From positions 160,001 through 224,000 of the forward strand of contig CAWHVC010000004.1 of the NCBI GenBank assembly GCA_963832745.1: a DNA stretch of 64,000 bases. The letters are read 5' to 3'. The DNA comes from Candidatus Bathyarchaeota archaeon. GTDB lineage: Archaea; Thermoproteota; Bathyarchaeia; Bathyarchaeales; Bathycorpusculaceae. Both the position numbers and the translations under genes were made by a program. The notes under the pieces were generated by a model, which saw only the letters and a program-made list of their open reading frames with translations, was not told the DNA's origin and ran no database searches. Of this stretch, positions 1 to 9,742 are shown in pieces (the first letter of the stretch is position 1; each line of letters opens with the position of its first letter).

Positions 1-2
1 AA

Positions 3-575
3 GTTTTATCCAGAATGGTTATTGCAGACTGCATTAACCTGTGCCTGAATGATGGCGCTAGAATGGTTAGGGTCCCTGAAGTTTTTGTGGGCCACAGTTT
101 TTGGAGTAATTGCTCTGCTGTTTGGCGAAATAATTATGACAAAGTTGAAGCCCTTTATGGTGACCGTTTAGGTTTAGTTCACGGTAAACCTCGCTTTTTC
201 TACCGTACTGATTTGGAAAAGGCTGGGTTGTTTGATGAATCTTTATTGTGGGGTGAAGATTATGATTTGTACACTCGCTTGCAGAGTAACAGTGTTAAGG
301 AGTTAGTTTGCAGTTCGGTTTTGTACCATTTTGAAGCTGTTTCGCTTAGGCTGTTTCTGCTTAAAAACCTGCGTTATGGCGATTCAATATCAGCTTTTAA
401 ACAGCGCAGTGAAGGCCAAGGCTTTTCAGTAATGATTAATCATTCAGTTTTAACATTTGTTGAGATTTTAAGAAAGCCAAACCGGTTGTCTATTGTTGCT
501 GGTTGTATTGTTTTGTTTTTGATTAAATCTAGCGCAACTGTGTTAGGCGTTTTGAAGGGTCTAAAAGGTCTATAA
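3..575 (+). CDS. Glycosyltransferase family 2 protein, 5'-truncated by the window edge
   Basis: Frame is open from the window start; GT2 C-terminal motif GLFDESLLWGEDYDL; directly upstream of the rfb genes. Confidence 0.75.
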   Translation, partial: VLSRMVIADCINLCLNDGARMVRVPEVFVGHSFWSNCSAVWRNNYDKVEALYGDRLGLVHGKPRFFYRTDLEKAGLFDESLLWGEDYDLYTRLQSNSVKELVCSSVLYHFEAVSLRLFLLKNLRYGDSISAFKQRSEGQGFSVMINHSVLTFVEILRKPNRLSIVAGCIVLFLIKSSATVLGVLKGLKGL

Positions 576-660
576 CCTTTTTTGTGTTTTGATTGTTTGC
601 TCTTGGAACTGAAGTTTTTAAGCAAGCATCAACCATTAGTTTACAACTTTAGGTGTTAAA

Positions 661-1719
661 ATGAAGGCTCTTGTACTAAGCGGTGGTAAAGGAACAAGGC
701 TTAGACCTTTAACTTTTACCTGTGCAAAACAGCTCATTCCCGTAGCTAACAAACCTATTCTGGGCTACGTTCTTGACCAAGTAGCATCAGCTAACATTAA
801 AAATGCTGGCATAATTACGGCGCCGGAAACAGGGCAGTATGTTAAGGATTATGTTGCTGATGGTTCAAGATGGAACCTTAAAGTTCAATACATACCTCAG
901 ATGCCTTTAGGTTTAGCACATGCAGTTAAAACTGCTAAACGCTTTTTGGGTCAAGACTCTTTTGTCATGTGTCTTGGCGATAACGTTACCGGTCAAGGGT
1001 TAAACGCTTTTGTTAAGAAATTCAAAAACGAAAAACTCGATGCACTCATAATTTTAAAAGAAGTTGAAAACCCTTCTGCCTTCGGAATCGCTCAACTTGA
1101 CAAAGACGGCAATATAACACGATTGGTTGAGAAGCCTAAAACTCCCATGGGTAATTTGGCAATTATCGGTACTTACCTGTTTAGTAATAAGGTTCATCAA
1201 GCAATTGAACGAATAAAACCATCCTGGCGTGGAGAATTAGAAATAACTGACGCCATTCAAGAAATGATTAACATGGGTTTCATTGTTAAAGCCGAAATTC
1301 TTAATTCATGGTGGCTTGATACAGGCAAGAAGGATGATATTTTATCTGCAAATGCTCGAATTCTTGATGAGTACATCCAACTTGATGTTAAGGGTACCGT
1401 AACTTGTAGCACGATTGATGGCAGAGTAAAAGTTGAGTCTTCTGCAAAAATAGTTAACAGTACTATCCGTGGACCCTGTATAATAGGCAAAAATGTTGTG
1501 ATCGAAAACTCTTTTATTGGACCTTACTCAAGCATCGGCGACAATTCCTGTATCTCAAACTCAAATGTTGAATACTGTGTAATACAAGAAAACGTTACGG
1601 TCAAAGACATTGAACGATTAGAAGATAGCCTGATTGGAAAAAACGCTAAAGTAACCAAAAACCAGCGGAACCGTACAATCAAAGTTCACATGGGCGATTA
1701 TTCCGAAGTAGAAGTCTGA
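661..1719 (+). CDS. rfbA: Glucose-1-phosphate thymidylyltransferase (long form)
   Basis: LSGGKGTRLRPLT, KQLIPVANKP, PSWRGELEITDA motifs; C-terminal hexapeptide-repeat region. Confidence 0.95.
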   Translation: MKALVLSGGKGTRLRPLTFTCAKQLIPVANKPILGYVLDQVASANIKNAGIITAPETGQYVKDYVADGSRWNLKVQYIPQMPLGLAHAVKTAKRFLGQDSFVMCLGDNVTGQGLNAFVKKFKNEKLDALIILKEVENPSAFGIAQLDKDGNITRLVEKPKTPMGNLAIIGTYLFSNKVHQAIERIKPSWRGELEITDAIQEMINMGFIVKAEILNSWWLDTGKKDDILSANARILDEYIQLDVKGTVTCSTIDGRVKVESSAKIVNSTIRGPCIIGKNVVIENSFIGPYSSIGDNSCISNSNVEYCVIQENVTVKDIERLEDSLIGKNAKVTKNQRNRTIKVHMGDYSEVEV

Positions 1720-1787
1720 TTCGCTTGGGACACAACAACTGTTATAAATCTTTCATAAATATAGCTTAGACATAACATAATCTTGGG

Positions 1788-2300
1788 TTGACTGCTGTGC
1801 TTGAAGGAATAAGAATCAAAACGATAGACCGCTTTGTTGACGAGAGAGGCTTTTTCACCGAATTAATGCGCAAAGACTGGACAGACCTATTTGCAAAAGA
1901 CACGATCGCCCAAATCAACCATTCCTTTACGTACCCTAACATTATACGGGCATGGCACAGGCACCTGCGAGGTCAAGTTGATTACTTTTTAGCGTTAAAA
2001 GGCACAATAAAAATCGGCGTTTACGATGATGAATCAGGCGAGCTTGACGAAATCGTTACAAGCGGCATGAAACTTCAAGTGGTTCGAGTGCCTGGTTTAT
2101 ACTGGCATGGATTTAAAGCTGTAGGCGATGAACCAGTTATGCTTGTGTACTTTACTACCAACCTTTATGACCCATCTAACCCCGATGAAGAACGTAGAGC
2201 ATGGAATGACCCAACAATTATCCCTAAACTGGTTAACGGCAAAAATGCGGATCCTCGTGTAGGTAAACCTTGGGATTGGAATCTTGCACCAAACAAGTAG
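1788..2300 (+). CDS. rfbC: dTDP-4-dehydrorhamnose 3,5-epimerase family (cupin)
   Basis: DERGFFTE, RAWHRH, WHGF motifs; operon context. Confidence 0.9.
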   Translation: MTAVLEGIRIKTIDRFVDERGFFTELMRKDWTDLFAKDTIAQINHSFTYPNIIRAWHRHLRGQVDYFLALKGTIKIGVYDDESGELDEIVTSGMKLQVVRVPGLYWHGFKAVGDEPVMLVYFTTNLYDPSNPDEERRAWNDPTIIPKLVNGKNADPRVGKPWDWNLAPNK

Positions 2301-2311
2301 AGTGATAAAAT

Positions 2312-3319
2312 ATGAAGTTGTTAGTTACAGGCGGTTTAGGCTTCATAGGAAGCAACTTTTGCAGGTACATGCTAGCAAAGCATCCGGATTATGAATTGAT
2401 AAATGTTGATAAAATCGGTATAGGTGCTAACCCGGCTAATCTGCATGATATTGAAAACGATAAACGTTACACGTTCATTAAGGGTGATATTTGTAATCCT
2501 CAGCTCATGAACCGGTTGATCCATCAGGTTGACGCAGTGGTTAACATCGCCGCGGAAACCCATGTTGACCGTAGCATAAGTGACCCAAACATGTTTCTGC
2601 AAAACAACACTTTGGGCACGTTTACGATTCTGGAAGCCATAAGACGACATAACCATAAAGCTCGCCTGTTGCAGGTTTCAACTGATGAGGTTTACGGTGA
2701 AGCCCTTGAAGGTTCCTTTACAGAGACTACTCCGCCTAAACCTTCTAATCCTTACTCTGCCTCAAAAGCAGCCGGCGACATGTTTGTTCTTGCCTATCAC
2801 AAAACTTACGGCTTAAATGTTTCAATAACCCGTTGCACTAACAATTTTGGTCCTTATCAGTTGCCTGAAAAGTTGATTCCGAAAACTGTTATCCGCGCCC
2901 TGCGTGATCTGCCAATTCCAGTTTATGGCTCAGGCCAAAACGTTCGCGACTGGATTTACGTGCAGGATCATTGTTCAGCGATTGAAACTGTGCTTGAAAA
3001 AGGTGTTCCAGGCGAAGTTTACAATGTTTCTGCTGGAAACGAAGTTCCAAACATTGAAATTGTTAAAAAAATTATTGCCCAGCTTGGTAAGCCTGAAAGC
3101 TTAATCACTTTTGTTGAAGACCGTCCAGGTCATGATACACGTTACAGTTTGGATTCAACAAAAACTCGGACAACATTGGGTTGGAAGCCAGCGTGCGATT
3201 TTGAGAAGTCGCTTGAATCCACTGTCAAATGGTACCTAGAGAATGAGCATTGGTGGACACCTTTCGCTACTGAAGTGATTCTTCATCCTACTCCTTGGAA
3301 GCTTAGTGGTGTTCATTGA
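2312..3319 (+). CDS. rfbB: dTDP-glucose 4,6-dehydratase
   Basis: TGGLGFIGSNF, AAETHVDRSI, STDEVYG, PYSASKA, DRPGHD motifs. Confidence 0.96.
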   Translation: MKLLVTGGLGFIGSNFCRYMLAKHPDYELINVDKIGIGANPANLHDIENDKRYTFIKGDICNPQLMNRLIHQVDAVVNIAAETHVDRSISDPNMFLQNNTLGTFTILEAIRRHNHKARLLQVSTDEVYGEALEGSFTETTPPKPSNPYSASKAAGDMFVLAYHKTYGLNVSITRCTNNFGPYQLPEKLIPKTVIRALRDLPIPVYGSGQNVRDWIYVQDHCSAIETVLEKGVPGEVYNVSAGNEVPNIEIVKKIIAQLGKPESLITFVEDRPGHDTRYSLDSTKTRTTLGWKPACDFEKSLESTVKWYLENEHWWTPFATEVILHPTPWKLSGVH

Positions 3320-4203
3320 AGCTTCTAGTTACAGGCGCCAGTGGACTTTTCGGTTCTAAACTGGCAAAAACTGCTTCAGCAAAAGGTATTGAAGTTTACG
3401 CTGGGTATAGCAAGGACCCGACGCAAATTGGGGTTCCTGTTTTGTTTGATGTTTCTGACAAAAACCAAGTGGAGAAAGCATTTGCTTTTGCAAAGCCTGA
3501 TGTTGTGGTGCATGCGGCTTCTTTGACTGATGTTGACAAGTGTGAGCTTAATCGGGAGCTTGCTTGGAAAATTAATGTTGAAGGCGCCAAAAACATTGCA
3601 AAAGCCGCCTCGGAAAGCAATGCTTTTCTTGTTTATGTTTCAACCGATTATGTTTTTAGTGGCGAAAAAGGCTGCTATAAAGAAACTGACCAAACTGGCC
3701 CAATTAGTTATTATGGGTTAACCAAGCTTAAGGCTGAAGAAGTCTCCCTTCAGTCTGTGCCCGGTTGCTGTATTGCTCGCACAAGCGTAATTTACGGCGC
3801 AACACCTGCTGCAGGCAAAATAAACTTTGCACTTTGGGTTCTTAACAAACTTAAAATTGGCGAAAAACTGAGGATTGTAACTGACCAATGGAATTCTCCA
3901 ACGCTTAATACTAGTTTGGCTGACATGGTTTTGGATGTTGTTGAGCAACGTTTAGGCGGTGTTTTTAATTTGTGTGGCGCTTCGCGGGTTAGCCGTTATA
4001 ATTTTGCTTTGGCTTTGGCTGAAGTGTTTGGTTTGGATTCTGGTTTGATTGAACCCGTCTTGGCCTCGAGTTTTAATTGGCCTGCAAGGCGTCCTATGGA
4101 TTCTTCTCTTAATGTTTCTAAAGCTCAACGACTATTGCATGTTAAACCTTTGGAGTTAACTTCAGCGTTGGTTGAGTTAAAGAAAGAATTAGATGCTCTT
4201 TGA
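3316..4203 (+). CDS. rfbD: dTDP-4-dehydrorhamnose reductase
   Basis: TGASGLFG, TDVDKCE, STDYVFSG, YGLTK, DQWNSPT motifs; 4-nt overlap with rfbB. Confidence 0.93.
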   Translation: MKLLVTGASGLFGSKLAKTASAKGIEVYAGYSKDPTQIGVPVLFDVSDKNQVEKAFAFAKPDVVVHAASLTDVDKCELNRELAWKINVEGAKNIAKAASESNAFLVYVSTDYVFSGEKGCYKETDQTGPISYYGLTKLKAEEVSLQSVPGCCIARTSVIYGATPAAGKINFALWVLNKLKIGEKLRIVTDQWNSPTLNTSLADMVLDVVEQRLGGVFNLCGASRVSRYNFALALAEVFGLDSGLIEPVLASSFNWPARRPMDSSLNVSKAQRLLHVKPLELTSALVELKKELDAL

Positions 4204-4221
4204 AAAAAGAGAAAGATTGGT

Positions 4222-4872
4222 TTATTGACTTTTTTGTTCTGTGTCGCCTAATACTTGGTTGCAGTATGGGCATACGTTGACAAGTTTTGATTTTCCGCCT
4301 TCAAAGTCAAGCATCACTAATGGTTGACTGAATGTTTTCTTGCAACTTGGACACGCGTTTGTTTGGTTTTGGGTTTTGTTTTGCTTGTTTGTTGTTTTCT
4401 GTGTCTTTTCTTCTGTTATTGTTACGGCGGTTGTTGTTGCAGATTGAGGTTTTGGTTGTGTAGCTACAATTTTAGGTGTTGCCGCCGGTGGTTCTACTTG
4501 TTTTGGCTGGGTTTTTGGTTGAGTGTAGACTGGTTGGGGTGGTGCTTGGACTGGTTTGGTTGCGGTTTTTTCTTGTTTTATGCTTGTCACGATTTGGGTT
4601 GGGGCTGGGGTTTTATTTTTTATGAATCCTAAAAGTAGCAGGACTGCGCTTATGGCGATTGCTGCGCCTAGTCCGGCGTAAATTATGCTTGTGAAGCTGT
4701 GGTACGGGTTTGCCCAGTCTGCGCTGAACTGTAAGTCGTATTGGTAAAGTTGTACGTTAACTATCTTGTCTATCTCGTTAACGGCGTACATTACTGCTCC
4801 TGAAAAAGCGATGATTGCTATGAGTAATATGCGGCTTAGCCATTGATTATTGTTAAAGCGACTGTAACTCAT
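4222..4872 (-). CDS. Membrane protein: two TM helices, Q/P/T/K-rich linker, C-terminal zinc ribbon
   Basis: Hydrophobic helices; CPSC...CPYC; loop motif shared with 21057..21542. Confidence 0.75.
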   Translation of the reverse strand: MSYSRFNNNQWLSRILLIAIIAFSGAVMYAVNEIDKIVNVQLYQYDLQFSADWANPYHSFTSIIYAGLGAAIAISAVLLLLGFIKNKTPAPTQIVTSIKQEKTATKPVQAPPQPVYTQPKTQPKQVEPPAATPKIVATQPKPQSATTTAVTITEEKTQKTTNKQNKTQNQTNACPSCKKTFSQPLVMLDFEGGKSKLVNVCPYCNQVLGDTEQKSQ

Positions 4873-4965
4873 TTGTTAAGCCTCAAACGTTATTGTCTAT
4901 TGGTGAACAAAAACGTTATGTTTGTGTTGTGGTAAATTTACGTCAACTGCAGGTACTGATGATTA

Positions 4966-5337
4966 GTGAAAGGCTCTATGAAACCGTTAAGTGTGAAACA
5001 GATTGCCAGCCAACGCATCGATATCCTTTTTGAACAAGCGGAAGCTGTAATAAAAACCAATCCGCAACTGGCCGCTGAATACGTTAAGGTAGCCCAGAAG
5101 GTGGCTATGTCTGCACGGTTTGCTTTGCCTGCAGAGTATAAGCGCCGCATCTGTAAGCATTGTGGCGGGTTTTTGGTGGTTGGTTTTAATTGTCGTGTGC
5201 GTATTCAACAAAAAAGGGAGCCTCACGTCGTAGTAACATGTTTAAACTGCGGTTATAATTCACGTATAATGCTTAGAAAGAAAAAGGACCGAGTAGAAAT
5301 TGAGCAAAATAACGACTCGAATGAAACGTCACGTTAA
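4966..5337 (+). CDS. rnp4: Ribonuclease P protein component 4 (Rpp21)
   Basis: IASQRIDILF; KRRICKHC...VTCLNCG zinc motifs; precedes yhbY. Confidence 0.92.
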   Translation: MKGSMKPLSVKQIASQRIDILFEQAEAVIKTNPQLAAEYVKVAQKVAMSARFALPAEYKRRICKHCGGFLVVGFNCRVRIQQKREPHVVVTCLNCGYNSRIMLRKKKDRVEIEQNNDSNETSR

Positions 5338-5614
5338 ACATGTGCTGAAAGATGAAAATCCAACTATTTGGATTGGCAAGGAAGGTCTAACGCCGCAGTT
5401 GGCTGCTGAAGTTGAAAAGCAGCTTCAAAAGAACAAAATGGTTAAAATTAGAATTCTCCCAGCCGCATTAACAGAAGAGAATACTGCGCAGAGTATTGCC
5501 GCTAAAACGGCGGAACAAGTTGAAGCTGCCCTTGTTGAGGTGCGTGGTCACGTTTTCATTCTGTTTAGGAAGCGTCGTCAGGTAGATCAGCCTTCATCTC
5601 AACCCAACCCTTAA
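5300..5614 (+). CDS. yhbY: YhbY/CRM-domain RNA-binding protein
   Basis: PTIWIGKEGLT, MVKIRIL, EVRGHVFILFR motifs. Confidence 0.9.
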   Translation: MSKITTRMKRHVKHVLKDENPTIWIGKEGLTPQLAAEVEKQLQKNKMVKIRILPAALTEENTAQSIAAKTAEQVEAALVEVRGHVFILFRKRRQVDQPSSQPNP

Positions 5615-5692
5615 CTGGGCTTTTGGTTTTCTGTTTTTAGAATTGTATAAATATCAAATCTTCTTTCTGTTTTTTAGGTAAATTTTTAGTTT

Positions 5693-6160
5693 TTGAGGCG
5701 TTTAGTTTTGGTTTTGGATTTAGGTTGGTTAATTAAAAAGGATCATGATGAGTATCGACGGTTTTTTGTTGAAATGGCGAAAACTGAACTGAAAGATGGT
5801 AAATACCGTGAAGTTGCTCTTTGTAATGTTATGCGGAAGATTTTGGCGCATCATGAAGCTGAAGAGGTCTCAGTTTTCCCCAAAATGCATCAGATTCCAG
5901 AGTTAAACAGGTTGGTTTTTGAGCTTGAAGTTGAACACGCGGACATGCGAAAACTTTTCGAGACCCTTCAAGGTGAACGTGCAGATACTGAAATTTGGAA
6001 GTACAAGCTTGCCTCAATCTTTGACATTATACATGCACATTGGCTTAAAGAAGAAGAGCAGTTAACGCCGTTTTGGCAGATGTTTTTTTCAGAGGCAGAA
6101 TGGGCGACTTTTTCAAAACAGTTTTCGGAAGCAACTGAAAACTATCTCAAAACCCATTAA
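5693..6160 (+). CDS. Hemerythrin (HHE) domain protein; true start may be TTG at 5714
   Basis: H...HxxxE (HHEAEE)...H (EHADM)...HxxxE (HWLKEE) pattern. Confidence 0.8.
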   Translation: MRRLVLVLDLGWLIKKDHDEYRRFFVEMAKTELKDGKYREVALCNVMRKILAHHEAEEVSVFPKMHQIPELNRLVFELEVEHADMRKLFETLQGERADTEIWKYKLASIFDIIHAHWLKEEEQLTPFWQMFFSEAEWATFSKQFSEATENYLKTH

Positions 6161-6329
6161 ACAAGTTTTCAACATACTAATCGCCTGATTTTCAACCAAT
6201 ACAGCCTACCCCCTCTTAGAGAATTTCTGGTTTTTATTTTTCTTTTTTTGTAGCATCTCTCGGGAGTGGTTTTTGGGTTTGTTTTTGGGTTGCTTTTTTG
6301 ATTCTAAACCCGAAACATTTGCAGAGCAC

Positions 6330-6390
6330 GTCAAGGTGTGTCAAAGAAAGTCGGTATGCGTCAATTGTCGTCAGGTAAAGTCAATGTCAA
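6330..6390. repeat. Helically phased array: six GTC(A) motifs at exact 10-bp spacing
   Basis: 10-mers from 6330: GTCAAGGTGT GTCAAAGAAA GTCGGTATGC GTCAATTGTC GTCAGGTAAA GTCAATGTCA; lies between convergent genes. Confidence 0.8.
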
Positions 6391-6574
6391 TAGGCGCAGA
6401 ATGACAGCGAAAAAGCATTGAACGGCAAAATGCATTCGGGCTCTGGCATGGCCCATTAAATCGTATGTTTCTTCTCTGTTTCACGCTCCAACAGCATAAC
6501 AGGTGGCAAAACGTGCCCTTTAAACAATTTTGGCGCTAAAAAAGCCTTATTCTAAAAGGATTAAAACAAAAAAA

Positions 6575-7996
6575 TTAGGTCGTTTGATTCCAAAAGAAAA
6601 CGTCGTCGTATTTGCCTGCCACAGGGTGTGCCGGGTCATCGTAGACAATGTCAAGTTTTAAACCGTACCGGTCAAGCCTGCTCTGAAGTTGCGTCCAGAT
6701 TTGCTGTGAAGTGCCGTTTGCATCCCAAAGTCCCCAAACCGTGTCGTCGGGTCTGCGCATTCCCCACCCGTAATTGTTTGGCAAAACCAGCGCCGCCTCC
6801 GCTTCAATGCCCCCATGGATTACCGAAGGGTTTTGGACAACGTCATTCCAGAAACGCTCCAATGCCTCAAAGTGCTCTTCTTTCAAGGTGCCGTATGGGC
6901 CCCTCATGTCTTCTGCGTAATTAAAAATGACAACGTATTGCGCGCCAGCTTCGTAAGACGTTTTCATCTGCTCAAACATCTCATTTCCGCCTGTAAGGTA
7001 AGGCGCGTGCGTGTACTTCCAAGTAATAATTGTACCCCAATCTTTACCCTGCAAGTTTGCCGCTCCCCGCACCAAACCGATTTCCTGAGCAACGGTATTG
7101 TTCCAGCCCAACTCCGCCAGCAAAGTGTCGTAACCTCCTTTGTAATCAAACCAGTAAAGCGCATAATCCGCCGTCAAGAAATTGGTAAATGTGAAATTTG
7201 AGCTTCGGTCTTTTGCACGGCTAATTAGGGTATTGCATTGATCGATGTAGCTGTTGGAAGTTTCATTGATGGTTTGTAAAGGGCGACTGCTCAATAATTC
7301 TTCATATGTCTGCGCGATATTTGGCCATCCATTGGGAAACGTTGGTGGTTCACCAAGTGGATAAATAGTTGTGGTTGTTGCATTAGGATAATAAGTAATC
7401 AAAGCAACGTATGTTTCAAAAGGAATCTCGGTGGAATTTCCAGGTAAACTTAGTGATACTTGAGCAATTATTTTTCCATCTGGAAAATACTGAAGGGTAG
7501 TGTTTTCATCAATATAATAGCCTGTGATTGAACGGTCCGCCATTTTTCTATAGGATGACTTATTGTCTTGGAAGAATGGCATTTCTCCGTCTAACATTTT
7601 TCCTGCTGGTTCATCGTTGAAGTATATGCCTGCTAACTTGTTGCCCCAGTGTCCATCATATGATTTAAGCCATTGCTCCATGTAATATGCGCTGTCGCTG
7701 CCAAAGTAAACCATAATGTCCAGTCCAGCGTTAATGGCGTAGTCGCCTATCTCCGTAACCGCTGTTTTGTCTTTCATCAACGTGCCTGATTGTAGCACAA
7801 ATAGGTTGGTATAGTTGGCCACTTTGTCGATTAATGCTTTGGCGTCTTGGGTGCTGTTTCCACAGTAGGTTACGCCCACATGGAACGGTTTTTTTTCTTT
7901 GACGCTTTCGCCCAAGCTTGTGTAGCTAATGTAAGCAATTAATCCTGCTAATAGTAGAAAAATAATCGCTGCTGAGGGTACAATTTTTCTTTTCAT
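6575..7996 (-). CDS. Membrane-anchored or secreted protein, tandem paralog 1 of 4 (possible glycoside hydrolase-like barrel)
   Basis: N-terminal TM/signal; shared motifs VGVTY, YTNLFVLQSG, GIYxxDEPxGK, DYALYW, RGAANLQGKDWG, PxNYGWGMR; start set at the ATG (MKRK) equivalent to paralog 2. Confidence 0.85.
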   Translation of the reverse strand: MKRKIVPSAAIIFLLLAGLIAYISYTSLGESVKEKKPFHVGVTYCGNSTQDAKALIDKVANYTNLFVLQSGTLMKDKTAVTEIGDYAINAGLDIMVYFGSDSAYYMEQWLKSYDGHWGNKLAGIYFNDEPAGKMLDGEMPFFQDNKSSYRKMADRSITGYYIDENTTLQYFPDGKIIAQVSLSLPGNSTEIPFETYVALITYYPNATTTTIYPLGEPPTFPNGWPNIAQTYEELLSSRPLQTINETSNSYIDQCNTLISRAKDRSSNFTFTNFLTADYALYWFDYKGGYDTLLAELGWNNTVAQEIGLVRGAANLQGKDWGTIITWKYTHAPYLTGGNEMFEQMKTSYEAGAQYVVIFNYAEDMRGPYGTLKEEHFEALERFWNDVVQNPSVIHGGIEAEAALVLPNNYGWGMRRPDDTVWGLWDANGTSQQIWTQLQSRLDRYGLKLDIVYDDPAHPVAGKYDDVFFWNQTT

Positions 7997-8003
7997 AGGC
8001 AAA

Positions 8004-8066
8004 CGCTTCTAAGATTGAGCATTTCACAAGTCGGGGTTTATTTATGTTTTCCAGAATCTGCCAGTT
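8004..8066. repeat. 63-bp exact direct repeat, copy A (upstream region of paralog 1)
   Basis: cgcttctaagattgagcatttcacaagtcggggtttatttatgttttccagaatctgccagtt, identical at 9644..9706. Confidence 0.92.
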
Positions 8067-8111
8067 AAGGGTAAAATTTTCAAGTGAGCAACGAAAAAGT
8101 GATCTGCTCTT

Positions 8112-9635
8112 TTATTCAAAAAAGTAGATGTTGGCATATTTGCCTGCTACAGGAAACGCTGGGTCGTCATAGACAATGTCTAGTTTTGTGCCGTATTGGT
8201 TCAGCTTGTTTTGTACTTGGTTCCAAATTTGGGTTGAAGTATCGTTTGATTCCCATATTCCCCAAATGATGTCGCTGGGGTTTCGCATGCCATAACCATA
8301 ATTTTTTGGTAAAACCAGTACAGCTTCAGCTTTAACGCATCCATAGGTGACCGCTGGGTTTTGGACTACCTCGTTCCAGAAACGTTCTAACGCCTGAAAA
8401 TGTTGCTCTTGTAGTGTACCGTAAGGCCCTGACATGTCTGCTGCATAATTGAATAACATAACGTATCGGGCTCCGTTTTCGTAAGAGGTTTTCATTTGTT
8501 CAAACAATTCGTCGCCGTCAGCAAGGTAGGGTGCATGGGTGTATTTCCATGTTAAGATTGTTCCCCAGTCTTTGCCCTGCAAATTGGCTGCCCCACGAAC
8601 TAAAGCGATTTCTTGGGTGACAGAATTGTTCCAGCCAAGTTCCCCAAGAACCATGTCGTATCCGCTCTTGCAATCCCACCAGTACAATCCATAATCAGCC
8701 GTAAAAACAGGGAATTCCCCTTTGCTTATGTTCCATTGATTCTTTAAATCGGCTACTGAGGCGCTGGTTTTGTTTACAAAGACTTCAGCGGCGCCGTCAC
8801 AGTCTGTTAGGGGGTTTTTGCTTGCCACTTGTTGATAAGTTTCTTCTTGGGCAATGCGGTTTGAGCCATTTTCCATTGTATAGAAATCATTTTTTAATGT
8901 TTCATCTGCTGAATCCCCTGCATTAATAGGAACATAGGAAAGACCGCCCGTGTACACTTTACTTGTTGAGTTTGTGATTGTTTCGCTTACTGTTATTGTA
9001 CCGTTTGGTTTGTATGTAGTCGTATTGGTGTTTCTTAACATGATCGGCATTGTTACTGATGAATTAGTTGGGTCTACACTGGAAGAAGTTTCTTCCACTC
9101 TTTGAACTACAATTGTGCCGTCAAGATAAAATGTTGCAACATACTTGTTTCCATCACGATAATTCACTAAGCCATTTTTATTTCTATCCAAGATTATTCC
9201 CCGCTCATTCGTGTAATAAATGTCTCCGTCAAGAAATTTACCTCCAGGTTCATCACCCAAATAGACGCCTGCAAACATGTCTCCCCACCGTTGCTTCGCT
9301 GTGCCTACCCATTCAGCCTTATCTGCAGAAGTTAAAACGTCAAAATAAGCAGCAAAATGCAGTCCTTTAGCAACAGCATAATCCCCTACCTCATTTACTG
9401 CTGTGGCATTATTTTTCAATACGCCTGACTGCAGGACAAACAGGTTAGTGTAGCTGGCAACTTTGTCGATTAGGGTTTTGGCGTCTTGGATGTTGTTTCC
9501 GCCGTAGGTTACGCCAACATAAAACGGTTTCTGCTGTTGGCTACTTTCACCTAAGCCTGTAAAACTGATGTATGCAATTAAACCTGCCAATAGTAGAAAA
9601 ATAATCACTGCTGAAAGCACAATTTTTCTTTTCAT
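8112..9635 (-). CDS. Tandem paralog 2 of 4
   Basis: Same conserved motifs as paralog 1; start at ATG AAA AGA. Confidence 0.85.
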   Translation of the reverse strand: MKRKIVLSAVIIFLLLAGLIAYISFTGLGESSQQQKPFYVGVTYGGNNIQDAKTLIDKVASYTNLFVLQSGVLKNNATAVNEVGDYAVAKGLHFAAYFDVLTSADKAEWVGTAKQRWGDMFAGVYLGDEPGGKFLDGDIYYTNERGIILDRNKNGLVNYRDGNKYVATFYLDGTIVVQRVEETSSSVDPTNSSVTMPIMLRNTNTTTYKPNGTITVSETITNSTSKVYTGGLSYVPINAGDSADETLKNDFYTMENGSNRIAQEETYQQVASKNPLTDCDGAAEVFVNKTSASVADLKNQWNISKGEFPVFTADYGLYWWDCKSGYDMVLGELGWNNSVTQEIALVRGAANLQGKDWGTILTWKYTHAPYLADGDELFEQMKTSYENGARYVMLFNYAADMSGPYGTLQEQHFQALERFWNEVVQNPAVTYGCVKAEAVLVLPKNYGYGMRNPSDIIWGIWESNDTSTQIWNQVQNKLNQYGTKLDIVYDDPAFPVAGKYANIYFFE

Positions 9636-9643
9636 GGGACAAT

Positions 9644-9706
9644 CGCTTCTAAGATTGAGCATTTCACAAGTCGGGGTTTATTTATGTTTTCCAGAATCTG
9701 CCAGTT
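9644..9706. repeat. 63-bp exact direct repeat, copy B (upstream region of paralog 2)
   Basis: Identical to 8004..8066, offset 1640 bp. Confidence 0.92.
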
Positions 9707-9742
9707 TAAGGTAAAATCTTCAGTGGAGCAAAGAAATAAGTG

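Noticed and set aside
6190-6300. Replication origin (ORB) suggested by CCTACCCCCTC and T-rich tracts
   Set aside because: No match to the TTCCAGTGGAAA ORB core and no cdc6/orc1 nearby
6330-6390. CRISPR or mini-CRISPR reading of the periodic GTC array
   Set aside because: The conserved unit is only 3-5 nt with a 10-nt period, and there are no cas genes
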